Part shown: positions 1 through 9,437 of the stretch, piece by piece
How the letters are laid out: every line of letters begins with the position of its first letter
How positions within the stretch are numbered: position 1 is the first letter of the stretch
NCBI GenBank assembly: GCA_014803505.1
Contig: JAAVBM010000021.1
Coordinates: forward strand, 2,078 to 66,077
Direction of reading: 5' to 3'
DNA: 64,000 nt
From: a bacterium
Lineage (GTDB): Bacteria; Cyanobacteriota; Vampirovibrionia; Gastranaerophilales; Gastranaerophilaceae
The notes under the pieces: model-generated
Seen by the model: only the letters and a program-made list of their open reading frames with translations
Databases searched by the model: none
Told to the model about the DNA's origin: nothing
Position numbers and translations under genes: made by a program

Positions 1-600
1 TTGGAAAATGTAATTGTATTAGATTTTTCAAGTCATGTTTATCAAGATGTTCATCAGTTATCGAATATTTATTCTGCTCAAAGAGGTCATATTTACGATG
101 ATCGTTGGGAATTAGAGGATATTACTAATTATAATATTTCTAATGATGGTATATATATTGATATTAATCATTTGGATAAAATCAATGTTTTGGAAGGTGA
201 TTCAGCTTCTAAAGCCTTTACGTTGATGACATATTCTACTATGAAAGAACGTGACATCAATAATAAAAATTTAAAAAAATATATTAAACTATTAAAAGAA
301 GAAAAAGTTTCTGAAGAATATAACGGAACTTTAAATAAATATTTTCAGAGATTTTTCCATCCTTTTGTATGTGTATTGTTAGCTATCTTGGGTTGTTTGT
401 TAGGTTTTAGTAAACCTAGAGAACAAAGATTAGTTGGTTTTACAATTGCTATCGGATGTATTTTTGTTTATTATATTACGTTACCGTTTTTCGATTTATT
501 GGCAGAAAAAGAAATTCTTCCGCCGCTTATAACTGCAACGTTTCCAACTATTGCATTTTTAGCTGCGATTATTGGATTCTACAAATCAAAGGATTTATAA
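1..600 (+). CDS. LptF/LptG-family (YjgP/YjgQ) permease, C-terminal part; 5' end outside window
   Basis: ORF is open from base 1. A periplasmic-type segment is followed by C-terminal TM helices (FHPFVCVLLAILGCLLGF, ITLPFFDLLA, LITATFPTIAFLAAIIGFY), as in LptF/G permeases. Family call is from memory of the architecture. Confidence 0.5.
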   Translation: MENVIVLDFSSHVYQDVHQLSNIYSAQRGHIYDDRWELEDITNYNISNDGIYIDINHLDKINVLEGDSASKAFTLMTYSTMKERDINNKNLKKYIKLLKEEKVSEEYNGTLNKYFQRFFHPFVCVLLAILGCLLGFSKPREQRLVGFTIAIGCIFVYYITLPFFDLLAEKEILPPLITATFPTIAFLAAIIGFYKSKDL

Positions 601-601
601 T

Positions 602-1411
602 ATGAAATTAATGAAAGTATTTTTGGGATTATTTTTGGCAATGTTATTAACTTCACCTGTTTTTGCTGCAGGCGATATGAATATTAATTTTGATAACGGA
701 GTTTATCATATCGTTTTGAAAGGTGAAAAAATGAAGAAAAAAATTAAATTTGTTTCTTCTGAAGATTTGATTACAAATAGAGAAGCTCATATTAAAGGTA
801 ATGCTACATTAACTATTAATGCCGGCTTTTTTGATCCGAAAAACGGAAAAACAATTTCTTATATTGTAACAGACAGAATGACAACTGCGGATCCAATGTT
901 TAACAATTCTTTGTTGGCAAATCCTTTCTTTAGAAAAAATATGAATAAAATATTAGATAGAACTGAATTTCGTATTATGCAATGTGGTAATAAGTTTCAA
1001 TATGATATAGTTTCTCACAAAGCAAATATTCCTTTTGGTTGTTTTGTAATAACTTCTGCACAAGGTGGTCCGCTGATTTTGCCGGAATTACATTTGGAAG
1101 AAGAAGGTTTTATTGTTAAAAATGCAGAAGGTGAAGTTGTTAGAGAATCTGCTTCTGTTTTGCACAAAACTTCAAGAACAATTATTGGAACAAAAGGTTT
1201 AGATGAATGTCATATCTTTATTATTACTGATGATAATCCTATGGATATGTATGAAGTTCAAAAGCTTTGTCTTGAACACAAATTGGATAGAGCAATGGCA
1301 TTCGATGGTGGAAGTTCTACATCTATGAATTATAAAAACAAAATTGAAGTCATTTCGAAAAAAGGTGACGGTGCAGGAAGAATGCTTAAGTCATTTATGT
1401 TAGTTTATTAA
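602..1411 (+). CDS. Secreted phosphodiester glycosidase-family (NAGPA/DUF2233-like) protein
   Basis: The internal ATG at 602 gives a Sec signal peptide (MKLMKVFLGLFLAMLLTSPVFAAG), with AAAGGA 8 nt upstream. Motifs INAGFFDP, GGPLIL, RTIIGT and AFDGGSSTSM resemble the phosphodiester glycosidase family. Confidence 0.5.
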   Translation: MKLMKVFLGLFLAMLLTSPVFAAGDMNINFDNGVYHIVLKGEKMKKKIKFVSSEDLITNREAHIKGNATLTINAGFFDPKNGKTISYIVTDRMTTADPMFNNSLLANPFFRKNMNKILDRTEFRIMQCGNKFQYDIVSHKANIPFGCFVITSAQGGPLILPELHLEEEGFIVKNAEGEVVRESASVLHKTSRTIIGTKGLDECHIFIITDDNPMDMYEVQKLCLEHKLDRAMAFDGGSSTSMNYKNKIEVISKKGDGAGRMLKSFMLVY

Positions 1412-1418
1412 AAAAAAA

Positions 1419-1445
1419 AGAGGTTTTATTAACCTCTTTTTTTTG
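1419..1445 (+). terminator. Rho-independent terminator after 602..1411
   Basis: Stem agaggtt/aacctct with a 5-nt loop, followed by a T-run (1438-1445). Confidence 0.6.
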
Positions 1446-1463
1446 TATAAAAATATATAGAAA

Positions 1464-1496
1464 CAAAAAAAATTCCGTTTAATACGGAATTTTTTA
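1464..1496. terminator. Bidirectional hairpin; likely terminator of tRNA-Cys on the minus strand
   Basis: Stem aattccgt/acggaatt is flanked by an A-run on one side and a T-run on the other. It lies just 3' of the minus-strand tRNA. Confidence 0.5.
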
Positions 1497-1507
1497 GAAT
1501 TAAAAAA

Positions 1508-1578
1508 GGCGACACCCAGATTCGAACTGGGGGATAAAAGCTTTGCAGGCTTCTGCCTTACCACTTGGCCATGTCGCC
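1508..1578 (-). tRNA. tRNA-Cys (anticodon GCA)
   Basis: The reverse complement reads GGCGACATGGCCAAGTGGTAAGGCAGAAGCCTGCAAAGCTTTTATCCCCCAGTTCGAATCTGGGTGTCGCC. Acceptor stem GGCGACA/TGTCGCC, T-arm CCCAG-TTCGAAT-CTGGG, anticodon loop CTGCAAA. CCA is not encoded. Confidence 0.9.
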
Positions 1579-1624
1579 ACTCGTATATTTAATATACGTG
1601 ATACATAACAAGATGTCAAGATGG

Positions 1625-2866
1625 CTATTTTGAATCATGTTTAGAAATCAAATTTTTCATAATTTGCTTTGCTGTTTCTAATTGAACATCTTTTTTTGCA
1701 ATAATGTCTTCTTGAGTAAATTTTATTTCTATATCTGGAGAAATACCTTTTTTGTTAATATCTTTTCCTTTAGGTGTAAGATATTTTGCAATTGTAAGAT
1801 TTAATCCTGTTTCATTAGGCATTGGAATAATTTTTTGAACCATTCCTTTACCGTAAGTTGTTGTGCCTATAATTTTAGCTTTGTGGTAATCTTTCATTGC
1901 ACCGGAAAGAATTTCACTTGCACTTGCGCTTGCTCCGTTAACTAAAAATATAATAGGTTTTTTTATCTCCAAATTTGTATCTTGAGCCATAATGTCGTAG
2001 TGATAACCGTTTCTTCCAACAATGCTGACAAGTTTGCCTTTATCAATAAATAAATTAGCTATGAAAATTGCATTGGTAAGAAGTCCGCCGGTGTTTCCAC
2101 GCAAATCAACAATAAGTCCTTCTGAATTTTGGGTATTTTCAAGGGCTTCAAGAAACTCATTTGGGGTAGAACTACTGATAAAGCTTGAAATTTGAATATA
2201 ACCAATATTCTTATCAATAGAACTTTTTACAGTTTTAATTTTAATTTCTTTTCTGATAATTTTTTTATTTAATTTTTCATTTTCTCTTAAAATATCTATA
2301 CTGACAAAAGTATTCACAGGACCTTTAACCAGATTTGATACTTCGGCAAGGGATAATCCGCTAACTTTTTTATCATCGATGGCAAGTATCACGTCATTTG
2401 GTTTTAGGTCTGCAAATTGTGCAGGAGTATCTTCGATAACGCTTATAATACGAATTTTGCCTGCATCATTTGCAATATTTACACCTATTCCTGAAATTTT
2501 TGAGGTGATTGATGTATTTTGTTCGGCAAATTCTTCTTTTGTCAGATATCTTGAATATGGATCATCCAAACTTGCGAGCATTGTTTCTATAGCAACTTTG
2601 GCATCTTCTTCTGTTTTAATTTTACCTTGATAACGATTTTTCCATCTGGACCAGTGTTGATGATTGAAATTCGGATCATAATATTCGTTTTTTATTGTCT
2701 GCCAATTTTTTTCATAAAGTTTTTGTGGTGAAACACGGGTTACATCAACAACTTTCTGATTTTCATTCAGCATAGGGTTGTGAATAGACAGGTAAAAATA
2801 GTTTGCTGCAAATAATGTTGCGGCTGCTCCTACCAAAAATATCAATGCTTTAAACCTGCGTCTCAT
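1625..2866 (-). CDS. ctpA: S41-family carboxy-terminal processing peptidase (Ctp/Prc-like)
   Basis: N-terminal membrane anchor, a PDZ-like segment (GIGVNI...IRIISVIEDTPA...LKPNDVILAIDD), and S41 motifs LRGNTGGLL, ASASEIL and GKG. Confidence 0.9.
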   Translation of the reverse strand: MRRRFKALIFLVGAAATLFAANYFYLSIHNPMLNENQKVVDVTRVSPQKLYEKNWQTIKNEYYDPNFNHQHWSRWKNRYQGKIKTEEDAKVAIETMLASLDDPYSRYLTKEEFAEQNTSITSKISGIGVNIANDAGKIRIISVIEDTPAQFADLKPNDVILAIDDKKVSGLSLAEVSNLVKGPVNTFVSIDILRENEKLNKKIIRKEIKIKTVKSSIDKNIGYIQISSFISSSTPNEFLEALENTQNSEGLIVDLRGNTGGLLTNAIFIANLFIDKGKLVSIVGRNGYHYDIMAQDTNLEIKKPIIFLVNGASASASEILSGAMKDYHKAKIIGTTTYGKGMVQKIIPMPNETGLNLTIAKYLTPKGKDINKKGISPDIEIKFTQEDIIAKKDVQLETAKQIMKNLISKHDSK

Positions 2867-2941
2867 AGTTATAATTTAACATCAAGGATTTTTGATAATC
2901 AATATACTTTATATTTAAAACAGGTATTTATTCAAAAATCT

Positions 2942-3625
2942 TTATAAATTATCAAATCCAGGAGAATAAGATGGAAGACCTTTATAGCCGGAGTTAGATA
3001 AAACAGCTTTTTTGATATATTTGTTAGTAAAGTTTCCTTTTTCCAAAAGTCTTTTTAGAGTATTTTCGCGTTTTACAAGAGAATGTTCTTCTTGATTACT
3101 TTCGGGATAAAGTTTTACGATTTCGTTCCAAACGAATGCTTCCATTGTCCAAGCATAAGTTTCTTCTGCAAGAGAGTTAAATTCATCCTGATGGAGAGCT
3201 TCGTGAGCCAAAAGTGCTGCAATAGCACCTGCTGGAGCATCTTTATGTTTTTTATTGATATAAATGTATAAATTTTTTCCTTTTTTCCAGCCTAAGGCGT
3301 CAAAAGTTGCATAATCCTGATTGATTTGACCCAAGTCTCTAAATTCTATTTTTACAGGTTTTTGAGAAAGATTATTACCGAGAATCGCATTTCTGGAAAA
3401 CATTCCTTCCGTATCTTTTAACATATCCAATGCGACATAGAAAACTTCATCTTTGCCAATATCTTTGTAGCCTGGGGTAATTTGTTTTATGTATTGTGGG
3501 GTGTATTTAGCCGGATACTGGTTCGGAACAGTCATTTCCTGCTGGATTGCAAAAACCTCTGTCCCTAACATTGCTGTTAAAACAGTTATACTTAATATTC
3601 GCGTTAATAATTTTTTTACTTTCAT
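2942..3625 (-). CDS. Secreted hypothetical protein with an HExxH motif
   Basis: ATG at 3625 lies 10 nt after GGAGAGG. Signal peptide MKVKKLLTRILSITVLTAMLGTEVFA. Contains AALLAHEALHQDE (HExxH). No family recognised. Confidence 0.4.
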   Translation of the reverse strand: MKVKKLLTRILSITVLTAMLGTEVFAIQQEMTVPNQYPAKYTPQYIKQITPGYKDIGKDEVFYVALDMLKDTEGMFSRNAILGNNLSQKPVKIEFRDLGQINQDYATFDALGWKKGKNLYIYINKKHKDAPAGAIAALLAHEALHQDEFNSLAEETYAWTMEAFVWNEIVKLYPESNQEEHSLVKRENTLKRLLEKGNFTNKYIKKAVLSNSGYKGLPSYSPGFDNL

Positions 3626-3697
3626 ACTTCTCAAACCTCTCCAATTAAACTGATAATATAGTATTATATTTATGTTTTTTTGGAAATCAAATTAATT

Positions 3698-5266
3698 TTA
3701 TTTTTTTCGATTTAATTTTACAAGTTCAGAATACATAAATTTGTATTTATTAGTATTATCAAGATTTTCTGCTTCGGAAATATATTCCAATGCGGTTTTG
3801 TAATCTTCTTTTAGCTTGTAAAAATCACTCATTTTAGCATAATACTTTGCATTATTAAGATCATAAAGAATTGCACGTTTCATGCATTCAATAGCTTCTT
3901 CAAGATCATCAGTTTCGGCTCTGACAAGAGATAAGTAATAATAACCTTCAGAACAATTTATATCAAGCGAAATTGCGTCTTGTGAATATTCTTTGGCAAG
4001 TTCAAAGTCTTTTTTCAGATATGCTGTTTTTGCACCTAAGATATCTCCAAGAATATAATTAGGATTCAATTCAAGAATTTTATCTGCAATTTTCAAAGCT
4101 TCATCATAGTTTTTTTCTTTGATATAGATTTCTGCAAGATCGCTTAAATAATTCAAATTGTCTGGATTTTTATCAATAACTTCGTTTATTAAAGATTTAG
4201 CTTTGTCGAAAATATTTAGTTCTTGATAAATTTTGCATAATGAAGTTTTGGTGAAATCATCTTGAAAACCTTTAGTAATGTTTTCTTCTAAAATCTTTTG
4301 TGCTCTTAGAAAATCTTTGTTTTCAGCACAAAGCAGAGCTTTTAAAACTCTTGATTGATAATGTTCCGGATTACAGTCAAGAATTGCATCAATTTCTTTT
4401 TGGGATTTAGCAAAATCTTTGTTATCAAAATATAAATAAGCTAATGAATATCTGTAATCAAGATTATCCGGAGTTAAATATAAAGCTTTGGCATAAGCTT
4501 TTTGAGCTTCTTCTATCCAACCGTTATAAAAGTATGCGTTAGCCAGATTGTAATAAAATTTTGGATTAGATTTATCGAGATTAACGGCTTTAGAGAAATT
4601 TTTAATTGCTTCTATAAAGTTCATATTTTCCAAATCGAATAGTCCTAAAAAGTTAAGAACATCAGGATTTTGTGAATTTTTACCTATTTTATTAAAAATT
4701 TCTTTTGCTTCCTCTAAATGATTTTCATCAAATTTTATTTTACCGTCTAAAAGTAGAACATTTTCATTATTCATATCGCAGTTTGCAATAATTTCTTTTG
4801 CTTTTTCAACTTCCCCATTGCTGTAAAAAGCGTTAGCACATTCTATTTTTACTTCTGTTGTGAAATATTCGGAAGTTTGGTATTTTTCAATTTCGCAAAA
4901 TAATTTTAGTTTCACTAAAATATTTATCAAACTCTTTAGATTTTCTGTGTTGGGACAGTTATCAAAAAGCTTAGTTAACAGGTCAAGAACAGAACTATAA
5001 TTGCCTTGTCTGTCTTCAATCTTAGCAAATAATTTAAGAGTTTCATTATGAACAGGGTTGATATTTAGAACTTTTTCTAGATATTGAATGGCTCTTGAAT
5101 AGTTATTTAACAAGAAATACAATTCGCCAATTTGGAATAATATTTCAGTATTATCATTTTCTATTTCTAATGCTTTGTAGAGCATTTCAATAGCCGGTTT
5201 GTAATATTTTTGTTCTTTGAGTTCAAAAGCTTGTTTGATATATTGTAAACTTTGCGTATTTTCCAT
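3698..5266 (-). CDS. TPR-repeat protein
   Basis: 522 aa with many 34-aa-type repeats (A..Y..AL..NP patterns, e.g. AIQYLEKVLNINP, AYAKALYLTPDN, ADKILELNPNY). Confidence 0.8.
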   Translation of the reverse strand: MENTQSLQYIKQAFELKEQKYYKPAIEMLYKALEIENDNTEILFQIGELYFLLNNYSRAIQYLEKVLNINPVHNETLKLFAKIEDRQGNYSSVLDLLTKLFDNCPNTENLKSLINILVKLKLFCEIEKYQTSEYFTTEVKIECANAFYSNGEVEKAKEIIANCDMNNENVLLLDGKIKFDENHLEEAKEIFNKIGKNSQNPDVLNFLGLFDLENMNFIEAIKNFSKAVNLDKSNPKFYYNLANAYFYNGWIEEAQKAYAKALYLTPDNLDYRYSLAYLYFDNKDFAKSQKEIDAILDCNPEHYQSRVLKALLCAENKDFLRAQKILEENITKGFQDDFTKTSLCKIYQELNIFDKAKSLINEVIDKNPDNLNYLSDLAEIYIKEKNYDEALKIADKILELNPNYILGDILGAKTAYLKKDFELAKEYSQDAISLDINCSEGYYYLSLVRAETDDLEEAIECMKRAILYDLNNAKYYAKMSDFYKLKEDYKTALEYISEAENLDNTNKYKFMYSELVKLNRKK

Positions 5267-5279
5267 AATTTATCCGTTT

Positions 5280-5753
5280 CTACTCTTCAATTACTTCAGG
5301 TGGAATATAGATTTCTCCGGCTGGTTCAACAGCTTTTTCCTGTTTTTTGATGTTGAATCCCTTAAATCCTTTAAAATCCCATTTTTTAGTTTTCTTTTTA
5401 GGTTCTTCAACTTTTTGATTTATGATAATTAAAACTTCATCTTCTTCAGCCAATTTTAAATTATTTCTTGCGATTCCTTCAAGACTGTTATCAGAGGTTA
5501 CCATTTTCTTTTCTGCTTTCAAATCGTGGTTTCTCATCTGTGCCTTTTTAAGCAGATTTTGTAGGGTTACGGTTTTACCTTGATAGGAAATAATTTTGGT
5601 CACATTTAAAATTGCACCATAGCCGATTTGGATTAAACAAAAAATCAGCGCAATTGTGAGAAAAGAGTAGTAAAAACCTGTTTTTCTACTGTGTCTTTTC
5701 TTTGATTTTCTGTTATTTGGCTGTTTTAATTGTTCCAGATCAGAATTTTCCAT
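5280..5753 (-). CDS. Membrane-anchored FtsB/DivIC-like septum formation initiator (tentative)
   Basis: Basic N-terminus, a single TM helix (FYYSFLTIALIFCLIQIGYGAIL), a coiled segment, and LEGIARNNLKLAEEDEVLI resembling the conserved FtsB/DivIC C-terminal motif. Confidence 0.45.
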   Translation of the reverse strand: MENSDLEQLKQPNNRKSKKRHSRKTGFYYSFLTIALIFCLIQIGYGAILNVTKIISYQGKTVTLQNLLKKAQMRNHDLKAEKKMVTSDNSLEGIARNNLKLAEEDEVLIIINQKVEEPKKKTKKWDFKGFKGFNIKKQEKAVEPAGEIYIPPEVIEE

Positions 5754-5824
5754 AGTCTAAGTATTGTCTTTCTTGGTATATTATAAACAAAATTTCTTTC
5801 TTAGACAAACATATGTTTAGAAGT

Positions 5825-6841
5825 TTACAATTTAATTCTGGTTAAAAATCGGAACTGGTTTTTAATAACTTCATTTGTCGGACTGTAACTTTGGCTTGCT
5901 CCAAATTCAACTCTCAATCTGTCAGTATCTCTATTTCCAAAAGGATTAATTGATAATATAAATTCTGCTTTTTTGGTATTTCTTCCCATATCGGTTGAAA
6001 ATACTTCTCTGAGTGTAAAATATTGATTAAGTCTTAATTCCGGTGAGAAGTACAAGTTATCATTATAGTTGTTATTAGTTGAGTTGATAGTTCTTCTGTA
6101 AGAAGTATTGATAGCGAAGTATTTATTTTCGTAGCGAGAGAAAATACCAGAAGCTTGTTCTAACTCTCCTGTGTCTATACCTTGATAGAAAGTAGTTCCG
6201 GCACTGAATCCTTTATAACTGCGATAATTTGTGCTATATAACGGTTCAATACTGTATTCTGCACTTTTATATTTTGAGAAAGAGTTTCCGGTGTTGAATT
6301 TTGAAGCTGGAGTTCTTAAATTTGCATATGCTTGTTCTAGAACTTTTGAAGGTCTTCTTATATCAAGTGTAAGAAATTCTTCTTCAAAATCTTCAAGAGA
6401 AATAGTATTTTCTTCTTCTTCATTATATTGTGCGTAGCCTTTTAATACATCACTGTACATATCATCAATAAAGTATTCATCTTCATTATTGTTTGATTCG
6501 TAATTTTCAATAATTAACTTTTCTTCTATTACAGGTTTGATAGAAGTATCTGCAGTTACATCATCAGAAGTGATTGTATTTTCTTCTGATATTTCGTTAT
6601 TATTTTCTACAGGTTCTTCCATTTGCAGAAATTTGCCATCAGAAAGATGGTAAATAAATACGTGTGAATTTGAGTCAGTTTTTTCTGTTTTAATTTCTAA
6701 TTTAGGATTTTTGTTTTTAAGCATGGCAATACTATATGAATCTTCTTGGCTTGAAGTAAGTTGCTCAACAGATTCAGCACTGCAGGGTAATAGGGTTGTT
6801 ATTAGACTTAATACTACTAATTCGACTCTCTTCATATTCAT
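5825..6841 (-). CDS. Secreted hypothetical protein, possibly an outer-membrane beta-barrel
   Basis: Signal peptide (VVLSLITTLLPCSAES), an acidic low-complexity middle, and a C-terminal half rich in alternating aromatic/polar residues (YSTNYRSYKGFSAGTTFYQG...FRFLTRIKL). Confidence 0.35.
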   Translation of the reverse strand: MNMKRVELVVLSLITTLLPCSAESVEQLTSSQEDSYSIAMLKNKNPKLEIKTEKTDSNSHVFIYHLSDGKFLQMEEPVENNNEISEENTITSDDVTADTSIKPVIEEKLIIENYESNNNEDEYFIDDMYSDVLKGYAQYNEEEENTISLEDFEEEFLTLDIRRPSKVLEQAYANLRTPASKFNTGNSFSKYKSAEYSIEPLYSTNYRSYKGFSAGTTFYQGIDTGELEQASGIFSRYENKYFAINTSYRRTINSTNNNYNDNLYFSPELRLNQYFTLREVFSTDMGRNTKKAEFILSINPFGNRDTDRLRVEFGASQSYSPTNEVIKNQFRFLTRIKL

Positions 6842-6923
6842 ATTTTAATCCTTGATTTGATTTTCATCAATCCATTGATTGTTGTAATCATGATTATATG
6901 GATTTTTAATAAAAATACAAGAC

Positions 6924-6952
6924 TTGACATTAAGATTTTTATATGATAACAT
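6924..6952 (+). promoter_or_regulatory. Candidate sigma70-type promoter upstream of the flagellar rod genes
   Basis: TTGACA (6924-6929), a 17-nt spacer, then TAACAT (6947-6952), inside a roughly 300-nt non-coding gap before flgF-like. Confidence 0.25.
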
Positions 6953-7145
6953 ATAGGTGGGGTAAATGTATATTTATAAGTCTTATCAATTGATGAGACT
7001 TTCTTTTTGTCTTTTACATTGACTTTTTATAAATCCTCATTAAATACATGTGGAACTCATATAAACAGATGATTTTTGTCAGAAATATTGAGAAATTTTT
7101 CAAAATATCCGACAATAATTAATGAATACATGTAGAGGTAGCAAA

Positions 7146-7841
7146 ATGAGATTAAACAGTGGAATACATTATAATGATAGCGGATTGACTCAATCAATAC
7201 GTGCTATGCATCTTCAGAGTGAACTTATAGGTATCAGCAATGAAAATGTTGGCGGTTTTGATAAAGTCGGTTATCAACGTAAAGAGGCTGTAGTTTCTTC
7301 TTTTGCAGAATTTATGGGTGTTCATGCTCTTTCAACAACAAGAGATGATAAAGTTGGACGTATAAATGTTTCTCCTAATCCTTTAGATATTGCTCTTGCT
7401 AATAAAGGTTATTTTCAGGTTGAAACTGCAAACGGTGTTAAGTTAACACGTGACGGACGTTTTAAAATTAGTAAAGACGGTTATTTAATGACGCTTGATG
7501 ATGCTCATGTCCTTTCAAATGCAGGCATGCCGATTCAGTTACCTTTTGTTCCTCAGGATTTGAAACAGGTTAAAATTGATAAATCTGGTAAAATAACTAT
7601 GTTTAATACTGAAACAAACAAGTTAGTTAATATTGGGAATCTCGGTATTGTTGATGCTAATGGTGTTAATGTGATGGATCCAAATGTAAAACAAGGTTAT
7701 AACGAATATTCTAACGTTGCTTTACAAGAAGAATTTATTAAAATGATGCCTATTATGAAAAATTTTGATGCTAACAGACAAATGTTTATGCTTCAAAATT
7801 CTGTTTTAGGTAAAGCTATATCTCAATTGAGTAACGGATAA
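7146..7841 (+). CDS. Flagellar basal-body rod protein, FlgF/FlgG family (divergent)
   Basis: ATG at 7146 lies 7 nt after AGAGG. N-terminal rod motif ISNENVGGFDKVGYQRK, internal LTRDGRFKISKDGYL, and a C-terminal YSNVALQEEFIKMM...ANRQ helix typical of rod/hook proteins. Confidence 0.7.
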   Translation: MRLNSGIHYNDSGLTQSIRAMHLQSELIGISNENVGGFDKVGYQRKEAVVSSFAEFMGVHALSTTRDDKVGRINVSPNPLDIALANKGYFQVETANGVKLTRDGRFKISKDGYLMTLDDAHVLSNAGMPIQLPFVPQDLKQVKIDKSGKITMFNTETNKLVNIGNLGIVDANGVNVMDPNVKQGYNEYSNVALQEEFIKMMPIMKNFDANRQMFMLQNSVLGKAISQLSNG

Positions 7842-7860
7842 TAAGATAGAGGTTTTATAA

Positions 7861-8577
7861 ATGTATAACTTACAAGGAATAATTTCAAAAGGTACAAATA
7901 ACGCACTTATACAATTTGAGCGTTTTGGAGAGATTGCAAATAATTTGTCTAATGTTCAAACTAATGGATATAAGAAGGTTACTTTTGAACAAATTCTAAA
8001 AGAAGACGGTTACCTTACCGGAGCCGTTAGAACAGATCATTCTCAAGGTTCTATCCGTATTACAAGCAATCCTTATGATGTTGCAATTGATGGTCCTGGA
8101 TATATTCCTGTAGTTTCTCCATCAGGCGAAGTTCAATATACCAGAGATGGTTCATTTAAACAAGGTAAAAACGGTTATTTGACAACCAGTGATGGTTGGA
8201 TTGTTGGCGAAGGTATTAAAATTCCTACTAATTGTTTTAAATTTGAAATTAAACAAAATGGTGAAGTTTTTGTTTATGATTCACGTGGGGATAAGGCTAA
8301 AAAAGTTGGTACAATTCCTCTTGTAAGGTTTGATAATCCGAATGGTATGCAACCTGCTGATATGAACAGACTTGTTGCAACCGAAGATGCAGGTGAAGGC
8401 AGATTAGTAAAAAATCATGACTGTATTAAACAAAATAATTTGGAAAGAGCTAATGTAAGTGTTTATCAGTCAGCAACAGATTTATTAAGATTAAATGCTT
8501 CAATGCTTGCCAGTATGCAAATGTTAAAGCTGGCAGATACAATGTATAATAAGTCAATTAATATTAGAGAAGGTTAA
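7861..8577 (+). CDS. flgG: Flagellar basal-body rod protein, FlgG-like
   Basis: IANNLSNVQTNGYKK N-terminal rod signature, YTRDGSFKQGKNGYLTTSDG, and C-terminal LERANVSV. AGAGG RBS. Confidence 0.7.
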   Translation: MYNLQGIISKGTNNALIQFERFGEIANNLSNVQTNGYKKVTFEQILKEDGYLTGAVRTDHSQGSIRITSNPYDVAIDGPGYIPVVSPSGEVQYTRDGSFKQGKNGYLTTSDGWIVGEGIKIPTNCFKFEIKQNGEVFVYDSRGDKAKKVGTIPLVRFDNPNGMQPADMNRLVATEDAGEGRLVKNHDCIKQNNLERANVSVYQSATDLLRLNASMLASMQMLKLADTMYNKSINIREG

Positions 8578-8601
8578 TAACTGATTGAAAGGTAAAATAT
8601 A

Positions 8602-8949
8602 ATGTATACTTCATTTGACGGTATGAAAAATGTTTCATTAATGATGGATTTGATTTCACAAAGACAAAGAGCTTTGGGTTCAAATGTTGCGAATGTGGAT
8701 ACTCCAGGATATGTTAGACAGGATATCGATTTTGGACAATATTTGAGTACAATGAACAGTCCTCTTGAAACAAAATTGTCTTCAAAACTTGGACCTTCAG
8801 CTATTGCTGTTGATCAATCCGAAGATCCGATAAATCCGGCAAATGAACTTTTGCAAATGCATGAAAATTCAATTCTTTATTCAATGGCAACAAGAAGAAT
8901 GACAAATATTGTTACTGAAATGAAAACAGTTATTAACGTTGGTAAGTAA
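8602..8949 (+). CDS. flgB: Flagellar basal-body rod protein FlgB
   Basis: 115 aa. LGSNVANVDTPGYVRQDIDF is the FlgB N-terminal signature; size and position before flgC fit. Confidence 0.85.
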   Translation: MYTSFDGMKNVSLMMDLISQRQRALGSNVANVDTPGYVRQDIDFGQYLSTMNSPLETKLSSKLGPSAIAVDQSEDPINPANELLQMHENSILYSMATRRMTNIVTEMKTVINVGK

Positions 8950-8967
8950 TCAAAGGCGGTGATATAA

Positions 8968-9411
8968 ATGGGTTTGATGGAATCAATTGATATAGGTGCA
9001 AAAGCACTAAGAGTTCATGGAAAGAGAATCGATGTTCACGCAAAAAACATCGCTAACCTTGATACGCCAAATTATGTTAGAAAAATCCCTGTATTAAATT
9101 CTACAGATGATATTTCTTTTCACGGATTACTTAATACTATGAAAGAAGATGCGTTTGGAGTTGGAACACTTCCATATGTTCAAGGTGGAGTTAGTTTTTC
9201 AGGTGTAGTTGAAGATCCGACATTAGGTGAAAAAATCTACAAACCAGGTCATCCTGACGCTGATGAAAACGGTTATATAAGAGCTTCAAATGTAAACGCA
9301 ATGGTTGATATTGCTGATGCTTTATTAGCTCAAAGAGCTTATGAAGCTAACCTTGCTCTTGTAAATATTTCAAAATCAATGGCTCAAAGAGCGTTAGAAA
9401 TCGGTAAATAG
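8968..9411 (+). CDS. flgC: Flagellar basal-body rod protein FlgC
   Basis: 147 aa. HAKNIANLDTPNYVRK, YIRASNVN, and the C-terminal AQRAYEANLALVNISKSMAQRALEIGK signature. Confidence 0.9.
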   Translation: MGLMESIDIGAKALRVHGKRIDVHAKNIANLDTPNYVRKIPVLNSTDDISFHGLLNTMKEDAFGVGTLPYVQGGVSFSGVVEDPTLGEKIYKPGHPDADENGYIRASNVNAMVDIADALLAQRAYEANLALVNISKSMAQRALEIGK

Positions 9412-9437
9412 AGTTTAACTTAAGGAAAAATGGAAAT

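Noticed and set aside
2379-2630. Numerous 60-117-aa ORFs in the track that lie antisense to, or in alternative frames of, long well-supported genes. Examples: 2379..2630, 16877..17191, 18027..18245, 27917..28243, 30345..30554, 33794..34123, 50927..51250, 54626..54979, 58583..58870, 60409..60726.
   Set aside because: They are fully embedded in genes with strong family signatures. They lack SDs and have low-complexity or Ser/Leu/Phe/Ile-rich translations typical of non-coding frames in AT-rich DNA.
6966-7022. An 18-aa upstream ORF (MYIYKSYQLMRLSFCLLH) with a GGTGGGG SD, as a leader peptide for the flagellar operon.
   Set aside because: It is too short to evaluate, and the candidate promoter's predicted start site falls within its SD. 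In AT-rich sequence such ORFs arise by chance, and conservation cannot be checked here.
7085-7120. A sigma-28 (FliA) promoter upstream of the rod genes (tccgacaa resembling GCCGATAA).
   Set aside because: The -10-like element has two mismatches. No TAAA(GTTT) -35 element sits at the required spacing of about 11-15 nt, and the element sits only about 30 nt from the preferred start codon.
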